Positions 22,551 to 33,700 of a stretch of DNA of 64,000 bases are shown here, piece by piece. The notes below the pieces were generated by a model that saw only the letters and a list, made by a program, of their open reading frames with translations, was not told the origin of the DNA and searched no databases. How positions within the stretch are numbered: the stretch's first letter is position 1; every line of letters begins with the position of its first letter. Source of the DNA: an uncultured Alphaproteobacteria bacterium (lineage in GTDB: Bacteria; Bacteroidota; Ignavibacteria; OLB7); assembly GCA_964455525.1 (NCBI GenBank), contig CAYVWR010000003.1:323475-387474 (forward strand), given 5' to 3'. The position numbers and the translations under genes were made by a program.

Positions 22551-22937
22551 CTCGTCGGAACGGGTCAAGCGCGATACAACGCCTTGGCGCGTTGTATCGC
22601 AGACAGCGTAAGCTGGTATGCGGCCGGGGAAACCCGGCCGTTGTTACTTTTGGGGAGCATCCGCGTGCTGGTGCGTCTTATACAGTGCGATAACTATACA
22701 CCTGCCCGAACATGAGATTCGGATAAGAGAGGTGGGATGCCCTGCGTTCGCAAAGAGGACGATGAGCCTGGTGCCGGAACGATATTCGGACTTTGAAAAT
22801 CCAATTCCAAGAGCTATGATGTACATCGGGAGCTTTCTACTTTTTGTGAAAAGATGGAAAGCTCTATGGTTTTATCCCTTTGGGAAATTTCCGATCATGG
22901 CCCTGAATCGAACTATCTATACTACTGAGGACATGCG

Positions 22938-23354
22938 ATGGTTGATCAATCAATCTGTATAACCGACTATGATCTGCGCCGTCTGAGTAAGCTTGTACTT
23001 GATGGACGCTACAGAGGTGGGCAGACAGGTGGTACGCTGCGGAAGCTTTGGACCGAACTTGGCCGGGCCGATGTTGTGCCGTCGAAGAACGTTCCGCCGG
23101 ATGTTATCACGATGAACTCCACCGTCCGTCTGCTCGATGTGGACCGGGGAACCACCAGCACGTTTACTCTGGTCTTTCCTGCGGCGGCAGACATTGCAAC
23201 CGGATGCATTTCCATCCTCTCGCCAATAGGAATGGCGATGCTGGGCTATAGGGTTGGCGATAGTTTTGAATGGGAAGTTCCTTCAGGGATCAGACGATTA
23301 CAGGTGGAATCGATCGTCTATCAGCCAGAGGCAGCGGGAGACTACCACTTGTAG
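22938..23354 (+). CDS. rnk: GreA/GreB C-terminal-domain regulator (regulator of nucleoside diphosphate kinase, Rnk-like).
   Basis: About 138 aa. Pattern DYDLRRL...LLDVDRG...SILSPIGMAMLGYRVGDSFEW is typical of Rnk/GreA C-terminal domain proteins. Confidence 0.65.
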   Translation: MVDQSICITDYDLRRLSKLVLDGRYRGGQTGGTLRKLWTELGRADVVPSKNVPPDVITMNSTVRLLDVDRGTTSTFTLVFPAAADIATGCISILSPIGMAMLGYRVGDSFEWEVPSGIRRLQVESIVYQPEAAGDYHL

Positions 23355-23595
23355 CCCTTCTGCATAATCGTAGTGAGCCTCTGCCGGGTGTTCGCGCGGA
23401 GGCCATCCTCCGCGCGCCGCCTGGCAAAGAGCGGGGGATGAACATCAAGCCGGAATGTGTGTGGTGCAGGATACGATCGGCAGATCGTGCGCCTGGTTCG
23501 GAATCTTCAATATCGCTCACGCCTCTTCTACAACCCCTCTCTTCCACCGTGCAGCCTGGCGGGTTTTCCAGGAACTACGCTCCAGGCCCTATCGC

Positions 23596-24621
23596 TTACC
23601 AACCCTTTCCAGCCTCTCCCGCGATCTTCGTTGCCGTCTGTAATACCTCCTGTACGCTGATCTCCCGCATGCAACGGAAATGCCCTTCCGGGCAACTGCT
23701 TCGCCCGATTGTTGTGCAGGGACGGCAGTACAGCCCCTGCCGCTCCACAATCGCCGAGCGTGTGCCATAGGGGATGAACCCGAATTCCTGTACCGTGCTT
23801 CCGAAGATCGTTACCACCGGACGTTTTCGCGCCGCAGCTACATGGGTTAGCGCCGAATCGTTTGCCACGATCAGATCGCATGTGTCCATGGTCGCCGCCG
23901 TCTCCAGAAGCGTTGTCCGCCCGGCCAGGTTTACGACATCTCCGGCAATTCCCTGTTCTACTGCTGTGCATAGATCCCGTTCCGATGGCGATCCCAGAAG
24001 CACGATCCGTGCGTTGTGTTCACCTGCCAGCATCGTTCCCAATGCGGCGAAATTTTCCGGGAGCCACCGTTTTGTTGCATGTCTTGCTCCAGGAGCCATT
24101 GCTACGGTGGGGCGCCCCTTCAGCGGGACCACTGGTGCATAGGCACCGCCGGTGAACAGGTCCAGCCCTTCGCCGTCGTTCCGCAGGCCATACGGTTCCC
24201 CCACCTGAAGATAGAGTTCCGGGATCGGCACAATAGGCCGAAGCCGGTTGACCTTCCGTTTCACCAGCAGCCACTTCCTGAACGTCGGCTTGTGGATCAC
24301 TGCCACCTCGCGCCCCAGCCCTGTGCGCACATAGCGGCTGCGGAGAGAGTTGTGCAGATCGAAGACGATATCATAATCGCCACTGTTCTCGGCGATCAAT
24401 CCCGATTTCAGCCGGGCCAGATCGCGCAGGCCCCATCCCTTCTCGATGGCGATCGCCCGGTCGAGATAGGGGGAATGCTCTACCAGCGGGAGAAATTCCC
24501 GTTTGCTGAGATAGTGAATCTCCGCCTCTGGAAAACGTTTCCGAAGCGCTCGCACAAAGAGCGAGGTGAGGATGATATCCCCGGCGGAACTGAAACGGAT
24601 GAGTAATATTTTCATGCGCAC
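23596..24621 (-). CDS. Family-9 glycosyltransferase (heptosyltransferase-like).
   Basis: N-terminal MKILLIRFSSAGDIILTSLFVRALRKRFPEAEIHYL matches the GT9 (RfaF/RfaC/RfaQ) N-terminal signature. Length 341 aa. Confidence 0.75.
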   Translation of the reverse strand: MRMKILLIRFSSAGDIILTSLFVRALRKRFPEAEIHYLSKREFLPLVEHSPYLDRAIAIEKGWGLRDLARLKSGLIAENSGDYDIVFDLHNSLRSRYVRTGLGREVAVIHKPTFRKWLLVKRKVNRLRPIVPIPELYLQVGEPYGLRNDGEGLDLFTGGAYAPVVPLKGRPTVAMAPGARHATKRWLPENFAALGTMLAGEHNARIVLLGSPSERDLCTAVEQGIAGDVVNLAGRTTLLETAATMDTCDLIVANDSALTHVAAARKRPVVTIFGSTVQEFGFIPYGTRSAIVERQGLYCRPCTTIGRSSCPEGHFRCMREISVQEVLQTATKIAGEAGKGW

Positions 24622-25153
24622 ACCGTAAACGTGGAATCTACACAGGTTTTAAGCATCCCAGATTGTGTCTGACAATTTGAATCGTCTAGCGACGAGATAC
24701 CTGTTGGGAACAGGTGTGCAATGCCGCCGAAACGGTGCCAATCGCTCTTCAGTGTACGGAAGAAGCTCCCACTGAGAGCAGTATCCCAGCAGGTGCTCCA
24801 ACGGTTTATGCTCCGGGTAACGGCATTGGCTGAACAGAACTCAGCAATGCCAATGGCCGTATACTGGGGCGATCGGGGGGCGTGACTGGCCGCGTGTGCT
24901 GCGAGTCGGTTGTGCGTACCCGTTGGCACAGTGTTCTTGTGCACGCGGAAAGCCAGCAACCATGACCTGCATCGACGTTCTGCTGGATGGTCTCGGCAAA
25001 TACCGCAGCGTTAGATGTACGATATGAAAAAAAGTTAACGTCGGGTTGCAAATGCATTGCATTGGCTCATCGCTCAGGGTATGTTCCCTCTGCGTGTACA
25101 ACCGCCAATGATCTCGCTGCTCATCCAGTATCGTTCTAAAGAAAGGTGCATGT

Positions 25154-27277
25154 ATGCTGCTGATAAGATTGCACGTTCGTGCAGGTGTATCGCTCCAGGT
25201 TCTGCTGCTGCTGCTTGCGGTGGCTTCTGCACTGCATGCAGGGGAGCATGATGGCAGGGATCGCTACGCTCTGGTGCTGCCGGATAGCACGGAGGTGGAC
25301 GCACCTGTGCAGACCAGCGAGTCACCGTTCAAACGTGGTCGATCGGGCCTGCGTGTGTATGTCTATGGAGACGATGGGCAACTGGTCTCGGATGCCGATG
25401 TCCAGGTCTTCTCGCTGATTGATGCGACGGTTCTTGCGGTCCCGTTCGACACACTGCATCGAGCGTATTCTCTGCGAGTGACCTGGGTGAAGGACTTCGA
25501 GTATGAAGAAGTGGATAGGGGAATCGCACCGCACCGCTACAAGAAGCTACGGATCAGCAAAGCAGGATATCAGCCTCAGGAGTATTACCTGAACGAGTGT
25601 TGTGATGCCGGTCTGGGCCGGGTCGATATCTATCTGGCACGACCAGGGGAACGCCTGTATTACGATGGGTGCCATGGCATACCGTTCACTCCGCATCGCG
25701 ACCTTGCCTATGTGGAGTTTATCTGGAGCGATGCGGGTCATCGGAGGCAGAACCAGAAGGTGTTGAAGGAACTAGGGTTGCAGGTGGTGCGGAACTACCC
25801 AGGTGTTGCGATCAAGGAGACTTCACCGAAGCAGAGAGGTCGGCGAAGCCGTGTTGGCAGCAATGGTGTGGTTGTGCGGAAGTCGGGTGGGGGTGTGTTT
25901 GATGCGGTGGGTGATACGGTTCTGGGCGCGTTGCGCGGTGATACTCTGGTGCGTACCGCAGGGATGGTGCGTGGCATGAGCGGTGATCGTGTTGATGCTT
26001 ACGACAACCGCTTGGTGCTGGTCTTTGGTACTCTTGAGGATGCGTTGCTGGAGAACGACTACGAGACGGTGACGAACCTTTTGTGGGGTATGGGTGCCAG
26101 CGATATAGTTGTACAGTTTGGTGATCGTCTTATCGCGGAGTTCGATGCAGGGATGGGAGAAGGCATCCTGGACATCGCCGATAGCCTTCGGCGAACGCGT
26201 TTGTTCGATGCGTTGCAGAACACGGATGTCGGCACGTTCTCTCACTTCTACCAACGGAGGATCTCAAGGCAGCCGAAGCCGTCCTCGCCCGGCGGGAAGC
26301 GCACGCGGGAGGCCAGCCGATCGGCCTCGCAGTTGCGTTCGTCCGGCACGATCGTCTCTGGCAGTGGTGAGGTGCTGCTGCCGGTGCGTGTGGTTGGTGA
26401 TTCCGGTGAGGTGGTCAACAATGTGATCGTGAGTGCATACCGGCACCTGGAATCAATACCGAGGACATCGTTGGCGGTTGGTTATGACTCATCGCGTTCG
26501 TTGTATCTGATTCCGTACAAGCCTACGAAGATGTCGTGGCTTGTGGCGTGGGCACCGGGTCGTGTACGTCAGGTTCGTCCCCTTTCGAGTTCTGTTCTCT
26601 CGGAAGTGATCGATGGGGTGCTGACCCTGCGGCTGTATAGCGTGCGCCTGGAATATTATTGGCTGGGGAGCTGGAAAGTTCTCTACGAGAGCCGTCCGGA
26701 CTGGATGAGCCTGAGATACAAGCCGGGCCGGTTGGCAGCGGTTGAACGGTTGGTGCAGAGTCTGGATCTGCGTGTCGTGGGAGATCTGGAGCTGGAAGAA
26801 TTGATAAGAGGCCCTATTGTATGGCCATGGGGACCTAATCCATTTCGTTATCGTGAAAACAACCTGGCACGGCTGCGTGAGGCAGAGATACTGATGGTTG
26901 CCAAACGCAACGGTGAGTTGTTCGATCGGTACGACAGTCGGGAGCTGGAAGGATTGCGTGGTGATACAAATGTCATCTTTGCGGGACCGACATCTGCATC
27001 GACGCATGTGTATGTTCATATGCATGATAACGATATTCGCCTACGCTTGTCTGAGAGGATGACATCACGGGATCTAGGCTACCTGGTCGCACCATATGGG
27101 TTGAGTCTTGAGTCGGGAGTGACGGAGGATGCCAAGGATCGTTACAGAGTGAGTCTTCCATTGGGGATGGGTGAAGGAGCCAGGGAGCTGATCGATCGGC
27201 TGATTCTAGTAAAAGGCATTGCAATCCCCAGCAGTGATAATTATCAATTTGAAAGTTGGCTTAAAGGGGAGGATTGA
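25154..27277 (+). CDS. Secreted 707-aa protein of unknown function, copy 1.
   Basis: Signal peptide MLLIRLHVRAGVSLQVLLLLLAVASALHA. Segments LRVYVYGDDGQLVSDADVQVFS and LLPVRVVGDSGEVVNNVIVSAY look like transthyretin/CarboxypepD_reg-like beta-sandwich modules. Confidence 0.6.
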   Translation: MLLIRLHVRAGVSLQVLLLLLAVASALHAGEHDGRDRYALVLPDSTEVDAPVQTSESPFKRGRSGLRVYVYGDDGQLVSDADVQVFSLIDATVLAVPFDTLHRAYSLRVTWVKDFEYEEVDRGIAPHRYKKLRISKAGYQPQEYYLNECCDAGLGRVDIYLARPGERLYYDGCHGIPFTPHRDLAYVEFIWSDAGHRRQNQKVLKELGLQVVRNYPGVAIKETSPKQRGRRSRVGSNGVVVRKSGGGVFDAVGDTVLGALRGDTLVRTAGMVRGMSGDRVDAYDNRLVLVFGTLEDALLENDYETVTNLLWGMGASDIVVQFGDRLIAEFDAGMGEGILDIADSLRRTRLFDALQNTDVGTFSHFYQRRISRQPKPSSPGGKRTREASRSASQLRSSGTIVSGSGEVLLPVRVVGDSGEVVNNVIVSAYRHLESIPRTSLAVGYDSSRSLYLIPYKPTKMSWLVAWAPGRVRQVRPLSSSVLSEVIDGVLTLRLYSVRLEYYWLGSWKVLYESRPDWMSLRYKPGRLAAVERLVQSLDLRVVGDLELEELIRGPIVWPWGPNPFRYRENNLARLREAEILMVAKRNGELFDRYDSRELEGLRGDTNVIFAGPTSASTHVYVHMHDNDIRLRLSERMTSRDLGYLVAPYGLSLESGVTEDAKDRYRVSLPLGMGEGARELIDRLILVKGIAIPSSDNYQFESWLKGED

Positions 27278-27438
27278 TCCCCAACGTGCCGATTCGTGCT
27301 TTGTGAAGATATCCCGTGGAAACGATGCGGGATGATATGTCTGGGCTGTGATTGTCCCAGCAAACTCTTGTTGCCCTCTGTCCTCTCGTGATAGTGCAGG
27401 GGAGCCAGTATATCAAGTACACCACAACAACAATTTCT

Positions 27439-27891
27439 ATGAAACGAAGCCAAGTGCGATCGCTGTTTATTCGTGTCTGTGATCCGATGGGAATGCTGAT
27501 AGGTGATGCCACTGTGTCGGTGCGGAGCAGTGATGGGGTTGTGGAGCGTGTTGCCTCGGGTGTGGATAGGATAGGGCATGGTGTGAAGAAGGAGTATAAT
27601 CATTATATCAAAGATATTGAGCCAGGAACATATATCCTGGAGATCAGCCGACCAGGGTCGATACTGGAGCGCTTGGTAGTTGATATGCCGGATACTGGTC
27701 GGTATCTGGAATGTATGCTCCACGCAAAGGATAGTGAGTATGGGTATCGGGCAGGCCGGAGCGCTGGATATTGCACGGGAGCACTGGAAGTAGCCGTGAT
27801 GCATGCTGGCAGAGTTGAAGATTGTGATCTGCGTGGTACTCGGGAAGTCGCTGAGAGTTTTGGGCTGCACCTGTCCGGGATATTTGAATAG
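27439..27891 (+). pseudogene. Truncated duplicate of the 5' end (~150 codons) of the giant S8 gene, created by the tandem duplication. It ends GIFE* where the intact gene continues GIFKNADG.
   Basis: Identical to 30310-30762 apart from junction bases. The reading frame runs into the repeat junction and stops at 27891. Confidence 0.6.
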
Positions 27892-30762
27892 GATATGAAA
27901 AAAAGTTAACGTCGAGTTGCAAATGCATTGCATTGGCTCATCGCTCAGGGTATGTTCCCTCTGCGTGTACAACCGCCAATGATCTCGCTGCTCATCCAGT
28001 ATCGTTCTAAAGAAAGGTGCATGTATGCTGCTGATAAGATTGCACGTTCGTGCAGGTGTATCGCTCCAGGTTCTGCTGCTGCTGCTTGCGGTGGCTTCTG
28101 CACTGCATGCAGGGGAGCATGATGGCAGGGATCGCTACGCTCTGGTGCTGCCGGATAGCACGGAGGTGGACGCACCTGTGCAGACCAGCGAGTCACCGTT
28201 CAAACGTGGTCGATCGGGCCTGCGTGTGTATGTCTATGGAGACGATGGGCAACTGGTCTCGGATGCCGATGTCCAGGTCTTCTCGCTGATTGATGCGACG
28301 GTTCTTGCGGTCCCGTTCGACACACTGCATCGAGCGTATTCTCTGCGAGTGACCTGGGTGAAGGACTTCGAGTATGAAGAAGTGGATAGGGGAATCGCAC
28401 CGCACCGCTACAAGAAGCTACGGATCAGCAAAGCAGGATATCAGCCTCAGGAGTATTACCTGAACGAGTGTTGTGATGCCGGTCTGGGCCGGGTCGATAT
28501 CTATCTGGCACGACCAGGGGAACGCCTGTATTACGATGGGTGCCATGGCATACCGTTCACTCCGCATCGCGACCTTGCCTATGTGGAGTTTATCTGGAGC
28601 GATGCGGGTCATCGGAGGCAGAACCAGAAGGTGTTGAAGGAACTAGGGTTGCAGGTGGTGCGGAACTACCCAGGTGTTGCGATCAAGGAGACTTCACCGA
28701 AGCAGAGAGGTCGGCGAAGCCGTGTTGGCAGCAATGGTGTGGTTGTGCGGAAGTCGGGTGGGGGTGTGTTTGATGCGGTGGGTGATACGGTTCTGGGCGC
28801 GTTGCGCGGTGATACTCTGGTGCGTACCGCAGGGATGGTGCGTGGCATGAGCGGTGATCGTGTTGATGCTTACGACAACCGCTTGGTGCTGGTCTTTGGT
28901 ACTCTTGAGGATGCGTTGCTGGAGAACGACTACGAGACGGTGACGAACCTTTTGTGGGGTATGGGTGCCAGCGATATAGTTGTACAGTTTGGTGATCGTC
29001 TTATCGCGGAGTTCGATGCAGGGATGGGAGAAGGCATCCTGGACATCGCCGATAGCCTTCGGCGAACGCGTTTGTTCGATGCGTTGCAGAACACGGATGT
29101 CGGCACGTTCTCTCACTTCTACCAACGGAGGATCTCAAGGCAGCCGAAGCCGTCCTCGCCCGGCGGGAAGCGCACGCGGGAGGCCAGCCGATCGGCCTCG
29201 CAGTTGCGTTCGTCCGGCACGATCGTCTCTGGCAGTGGTGAGGTGCTGCTGCCGGTGCGTGTGGTTGGTGATTCCGGTGAGGTGGTCAACAATGTGATCG
29301 TGAGTGCATACCGGCACCTGGAATCAATACCGAGGACATCGTTGGCGGTTGGTTATGACTCATCGCGTTCGTTGTATCTGATTCCGTACAAGCCTACGAA
29401 GATGTCGTGGCTTGTGGCGTGGGCACCGGGTCGTGTACGTCAGGTTCGTCCCCTTTCGAGTTCTGTTCTCTCGGAAGTGATCGATGGGGTGCTGACCCTG
29501 CGGCTGTATAGCGTGCGCCTGGAATATTATTGGCTGGGGAGCTGGAAAGTTCTCTACGAGAGCCGTCCGGACTGGATGAGCCTGAGATACAAGCCGGGCC
29601 GGTTGGCAGCGGTTGAACGGTTGGTGCAGAGTCTGGATCTGCGTGTCGTGGGAGATCTGGAGCTGGAAGAATTGATAAGAGGCCCTATTGTATGGCCATG
29701 GGGACCTAATCCATTTCGTTATCGTGAAAACAACCTGGCACGGCTGCGTGAGGCAGAGATACTGATGGTTGCCAAACGCAACGGTGAGTTGTTCGATCGG
29801 TACGACAGTCGGGAGCTGGAAGGATTGCGTGGTGATACAAATGTCATCTTTGCGGGACCGACATCTGCATCGACGCATGTGTATGTTCATATGCATGATA
29901 ACGATATTCGCCTACGCTTGTCTGAGAGGATGACATCACGGGATCTAGGCTACCTGGTCGCACCATATGGGTTGAGTCTTGAGTCGGGAGTGACGGAGGA
30001 TGCCAAGGATCGTTACAGAGTGAGTCTTCCATTGGGGATGGGTGAAGGAGCCAGGGAGCTGATCGATCGGCTGATTCTAGTAAAAGGCATTGCAATCCCC
30101 AGCAGTGATAATTATCAATTTGAAAGTTGGCTTAAAGGGGAGGATTGATCCCCAACGTGCCGATTCGTGCTTTGTGAAGATATCCCGTGGAAACGATGCG
30201 GGATGATATGTCTGGGCTGTGATTGTCCCAGCAAACTCTTGTTGCCCTCTGTCCTCTCGTGATAGTGCAGGGGAGCCAGTATATCAAGTACACCACAACA
30301 ACAATTTCTATGAAACGAAGCCAAGTGCGATCGCTGTTTATTCGTGTCTGTGATCCGATGGGAATGCTGATAGGTGATGCCACTGTGTCGGTGCGGAGCA
30401 GTGATGGGGTTGTGGAGCGTGTTGCCTCGGGTGTGGATAGGATAGGGCATGGTGTGAAGAAGGAGTATAATCATTATATCAAAGATATTGAGCCAGGAAC
30501 ATATATCCTGGAGATCAGCCGACCAGGGTCGATACTGGAGCGCTTGGTAGTTGATATGCCGGATACTGGTCGGTATCTGGAATGTATGCTCCACGCAAAG
30601 GATAGTGAGTATGGGTATCGGGCAGGCCGGAGCGCTGGATATTGCACGGGAGCACTGGAAGTAGCCGTGATGCATGCTGGCAGAGTTGAAGATTGTGATC
30701 TGCGTGGTACTCGGGAAGTCGCTGAGAGTTTTGGGCTGCATCTGTCCGGGATATTCAAAAAT
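27892..30762 (+). repeat. Tandem direct repeat, copy 2 (2,871 bp). This is the ancestral copy and continues into the intact giant gene.
   Basis: Near-identical to 25021-27891. One substitution was noticed: G at 25045 versus A at 27916. Identity decays only in the last ~10 bp at the junction. Confidence 0.9.
28025..30148 (+). CDS. Secreted 707-aa protein of unknown function, copy 2 (identical to copy 1).
   Basis: Identical translation to 25154-27277. Confidence 0.6.
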   Translation: MLLIRLHVRAGVSLQVLLLLLAVASALHAGEHDGRDRYALVLPDSTEVDAPVQTSESPFKRGRSGLRVYVYGDDGQLVSDADVQVFSLIDATVLAVPFDTLHRAYSLRVTWVKDFEYEEVDRGIAPHRYKKLRISKAGYQPQEYYLNECCDAGLGRVDIYLARPGERLYYDGCHGIPFTPHRDLAYVEFIWSDAGHRRQNQKVLKELGLQVVRNYPGVAIKETSPKQRGRRSRVGSNGVVVRKSGGGVFDAVGDTVLGALRGDTLVRTAGMVRGMSGDRVDAYDNRLVLVFGTLEDALLENDYETVTNLLWGMGASDIVVQFGDRLIAEFDAGMGEGILDIADSLRRTRLFDALQNTDVGTFSHFYQRRISRQPKPSSPGGKRTREASRSASQLRSSGTIVSGSGEVLLPVRVVGDSGEVVNNVIVSAYRHLESIPRTSLAVGYDSSRSLYLIPYKPTKMSWLVAWAPGRVRQVRPLSSSVLSEVIDGVLTLRLYSVRLEYYWLGSWKVLYESRPDWMSLRYKPGRLAAVERLVQSLDLRVVGDLELEELIRGPIVWPWGPNPFRYRENNLARLREAEILMVAKRNGELFDRYDSRELEGLRGDTNVIFAGPTSASTHVYVHMHDNDIRLRLSERMTSRDLGYLVAPYGLSLESGVTEDAKDRYRVSLPLGMGEGARELIDRLILVKGIAIPSSDNYQFESWLKGED

Positions 30763-33700
30763 GCTGATGGGGTAACACAGGTGTTTTCGCCTGGTGCCGA
30801 TGGCTGCAATGAGAATGAGAGGGATATCCTGAAGAAGTGTAGTGATGCACTTCACACTGCGGGGATCTATAGCCACATAGGTATCGTTCTTGAGAGGAAT
30901 GAAGGGGCCATACATGTAGCAACGGGCATCATTCTTGCCAAATGCCTGCCTGGGATCGATGTTCAGTATGTACGAGATACGATCGAACGTGCCAGCCTGG
31001 AAATAGTGTATGAACATTCACCTGTAAGCCGCCTCTTTGAGATTGCGGTCAACGATGTTGCTGGAAAGAACATAGTGGATTCATGCAGAACATTGATGGA
31101 ATCCGGAGTGTTTGAATCCGCTGATCCCATGGCAACCGTAACCGCTGAACTGTTAAGCGGGAGTCAGGTGATCCCCAGTGATTTTCTCTTTCCTCTTCAG
31201 TGGCATCTCGCAACAGCAAATGTGCCGGAAGCATGGGCCATCCTACAAAGTCATGGTAGACCATCCACCGAGGTGAACGATCTGACGTATGGAAGCGCCG
31301 ATGTGGTTATCGCTATTGTCGATACCGGCGTTGATTCATCGAAGTATGAAGATGAACCTGATGGAGAAGGCGCTCCCAACCATACGGACTTTATAGGGAA
31401 TGTGCGCGGCGGTCTGCTTGCCCCTCTTATCGGATCGAAAAAAGTTTACAAGATCTATGATATGCGGACATTCAAACGTACGGATAACCATGGCAATCGC
31501 GATCCGAATATTCGTGGTGGGATGTACCCTGATAATTACAAGGTAACCTTGTCGCATGGGGTTTCATGTGCAGCCATTGCCACTGCCATGGCAAATGGCA
31601 GGGGAAGCGTGGGTGTTGCACCCAATGCGCGCCTCATTAGCATTCGTACCGCTCAGCAAGGGACGAATCTGAATCAAATTAACAGGAATACATGGTCATG
31701 GCTTGTGGGGCTGGACCCAGGATGGACCACCAATGGACCTGTGTATGATCCGTATGATATTCTTCCGGCGCAGTTTGGCACGCCCGGTAATCCAGGGCCG
31801 GGCGCGGATATCATCTCTAATAGTATGAGATTTAAGTACTTGGCGGAGAACTTTGATGCCGATATGCGAAACATTAGCGATGTGTGCTGGTACGGGCGGC
31901 AGCGAAGAGGTGCTATCTTCGTATTAGGGGCGGGCAATGATGATAGTAGCATTATGGATAGGCAGATGTTCGGATATCATCGTCGCATCATTGTTGTTGC
32001 AGCTTCTACTCTGGATTCCAAAGGGGTGGAGATCCGTGCTCCATATAGCAGCTATGGTGACAATTCCAGAGAGGTATATCCGCCTAAGGATAATTCTGGA
32101 AATAATGAAGGCTCTGAAGTCGAAAAGAAAAAAGAGATCCCTGACAGAAAACCCGACTGGCTCTATGTAGATGTTTCTGCTCCATCTGCTAACTATCCGG
32201 AATGCGACAATAATCCTCTGTATGCTGAGCTTACAATAAATGAAGATGGATCTGTTGGGCCTCCGGATGATACCTATAAGGTTTTTGGCCCTCGGCCCCA
32301 TATGGTCAATCGCCCACCATACAACCGTGCGATTGTCACAGCCGGTATGTTCGAGGATACGCGGGACTTTCTGCTTGGAGGCACTCTCTATCCACCAACG
32401 GATGAGAGTGCCAGAGTAAGCCAGCTCACACGCAGTAATCTGCCCGGAGATCATATCCGGGAAACCACACTGTGGGAGGCTGTGGATGCCCCTGTATCGA
32501 ACGCTACCCGTGTAAAGGTTGTCAAGGTGGCAAATGTGCCAGGGATTACCTATGCTCCCCACGATGCGGTCGTGATAGGAAAGGTCGGTTATAATGAAAA
32601 TGGAGTCGATGAAACCGCCATCAATGAGGTTGAGTCCTCCGTTGTGGTCGGTGTCACCGAATACCCCGATTATACGGAACTGGAACTGGATGGTTATCTG
32701 TGGAATGCACACGCTGCGGGCGCACCGGTATATACGGGGAAACGGAGCTATGTGGATCATTTCAGCGGGACATCGATGTCCACGCCCCTGGTTGCCGGCA
32801 CGGCTGCCCTTATACTCTCGGCAAATCCATACCTCACCAACATCGAGGTTCGCGAGATATTGCGATCGACGGCTGTAAAGATCGATATGCATGGAGGTAT
32901 GTGGCTTAGTACTCAGTTCAGAAGCCAGAGAGATAAAACAATCTTATCTCGTGATCGGGTTGCTCCTGCAATAGGTGTGCAGCCTCCTATCTTCAAGCCT
33001 ATCACGTCATCGTTAGGCATTGCAATCGACGCTGTCGCCGATAGTGGAAAATTCTCCAGGATCACTATTGCGGAAAATCAAAGCCGTGCGGGTTTCAGTG
33101 TTGGCCAGGCCGTTCTGATAGGCGCAGAGACATTGCTTGTTCGGGCCGCGACATTGCCGCCGAACCCGATCCAGCCTGTGACGATCACGGTCGAGAGTAC
33201 CGACGGATTCCACCCTGGCCAGATTATCCGGATTGGTGATGCGGATACCACATATTTTGCCGGGTTTCCAGTGAGACGGAATGATGGCAGTGACGATAGC
33301 ATGGATCAGAGTACGGAGGAGCCGGAGGCACGTGGCAGGATTATCGGGCTTGACCGTAAGAAGATCCTTGTAGGAAATACCAGAACCTATCAGGCAGGCC
33401 AGGCTATCCTGATAGGTGGGGTACGGTATGTTATAGAATTTGTCCAGGGAACATTCAAGTTGCTGCTGACAACGGAGTATGCGGGCGAAAACCACTGGCC
33501 CCATGTTCCCCGTATGGAGGTGGTCCCGGCCGATGTGCTTGAGGGCACCGTCGAAGAAATCGTGAGCGATACGCAGATGACCGTGATCTATACGGGGCCG
33601 GGGAAAAGCTTCACCACGACTCCCAAGCCTCTTGTCCGTGTTAAGGGAACCGAGTCCTCGGTGATTATGGATCTTCCCGGCGACGATGCCAGGGCGGTTA

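Larger units (their letters stand above)
25021..27891 (+). repeat. Tandem direct repeat, copy 1 (2,871 bp).
   Basis: ORF pairs offset by exactly 2,871 bp encode identical 707-aa, 64-aa and 79-aa products. Upstream sequence GATATGAAAAAAAGTTAACG recurs at 27892. Confidence 0.9.

Noticed and set aside
25021-30762. Possibility that the duplicated segment is an IS element or a CRISPR-like array.
   Set aside because: There are only two copies of a 2.9-kb unit, with no short spacers, no terminal inverted repeats and no transposase. The content is an ordinary secreted-protein gene. It is a segmental tandem duplication, not a mobile element.
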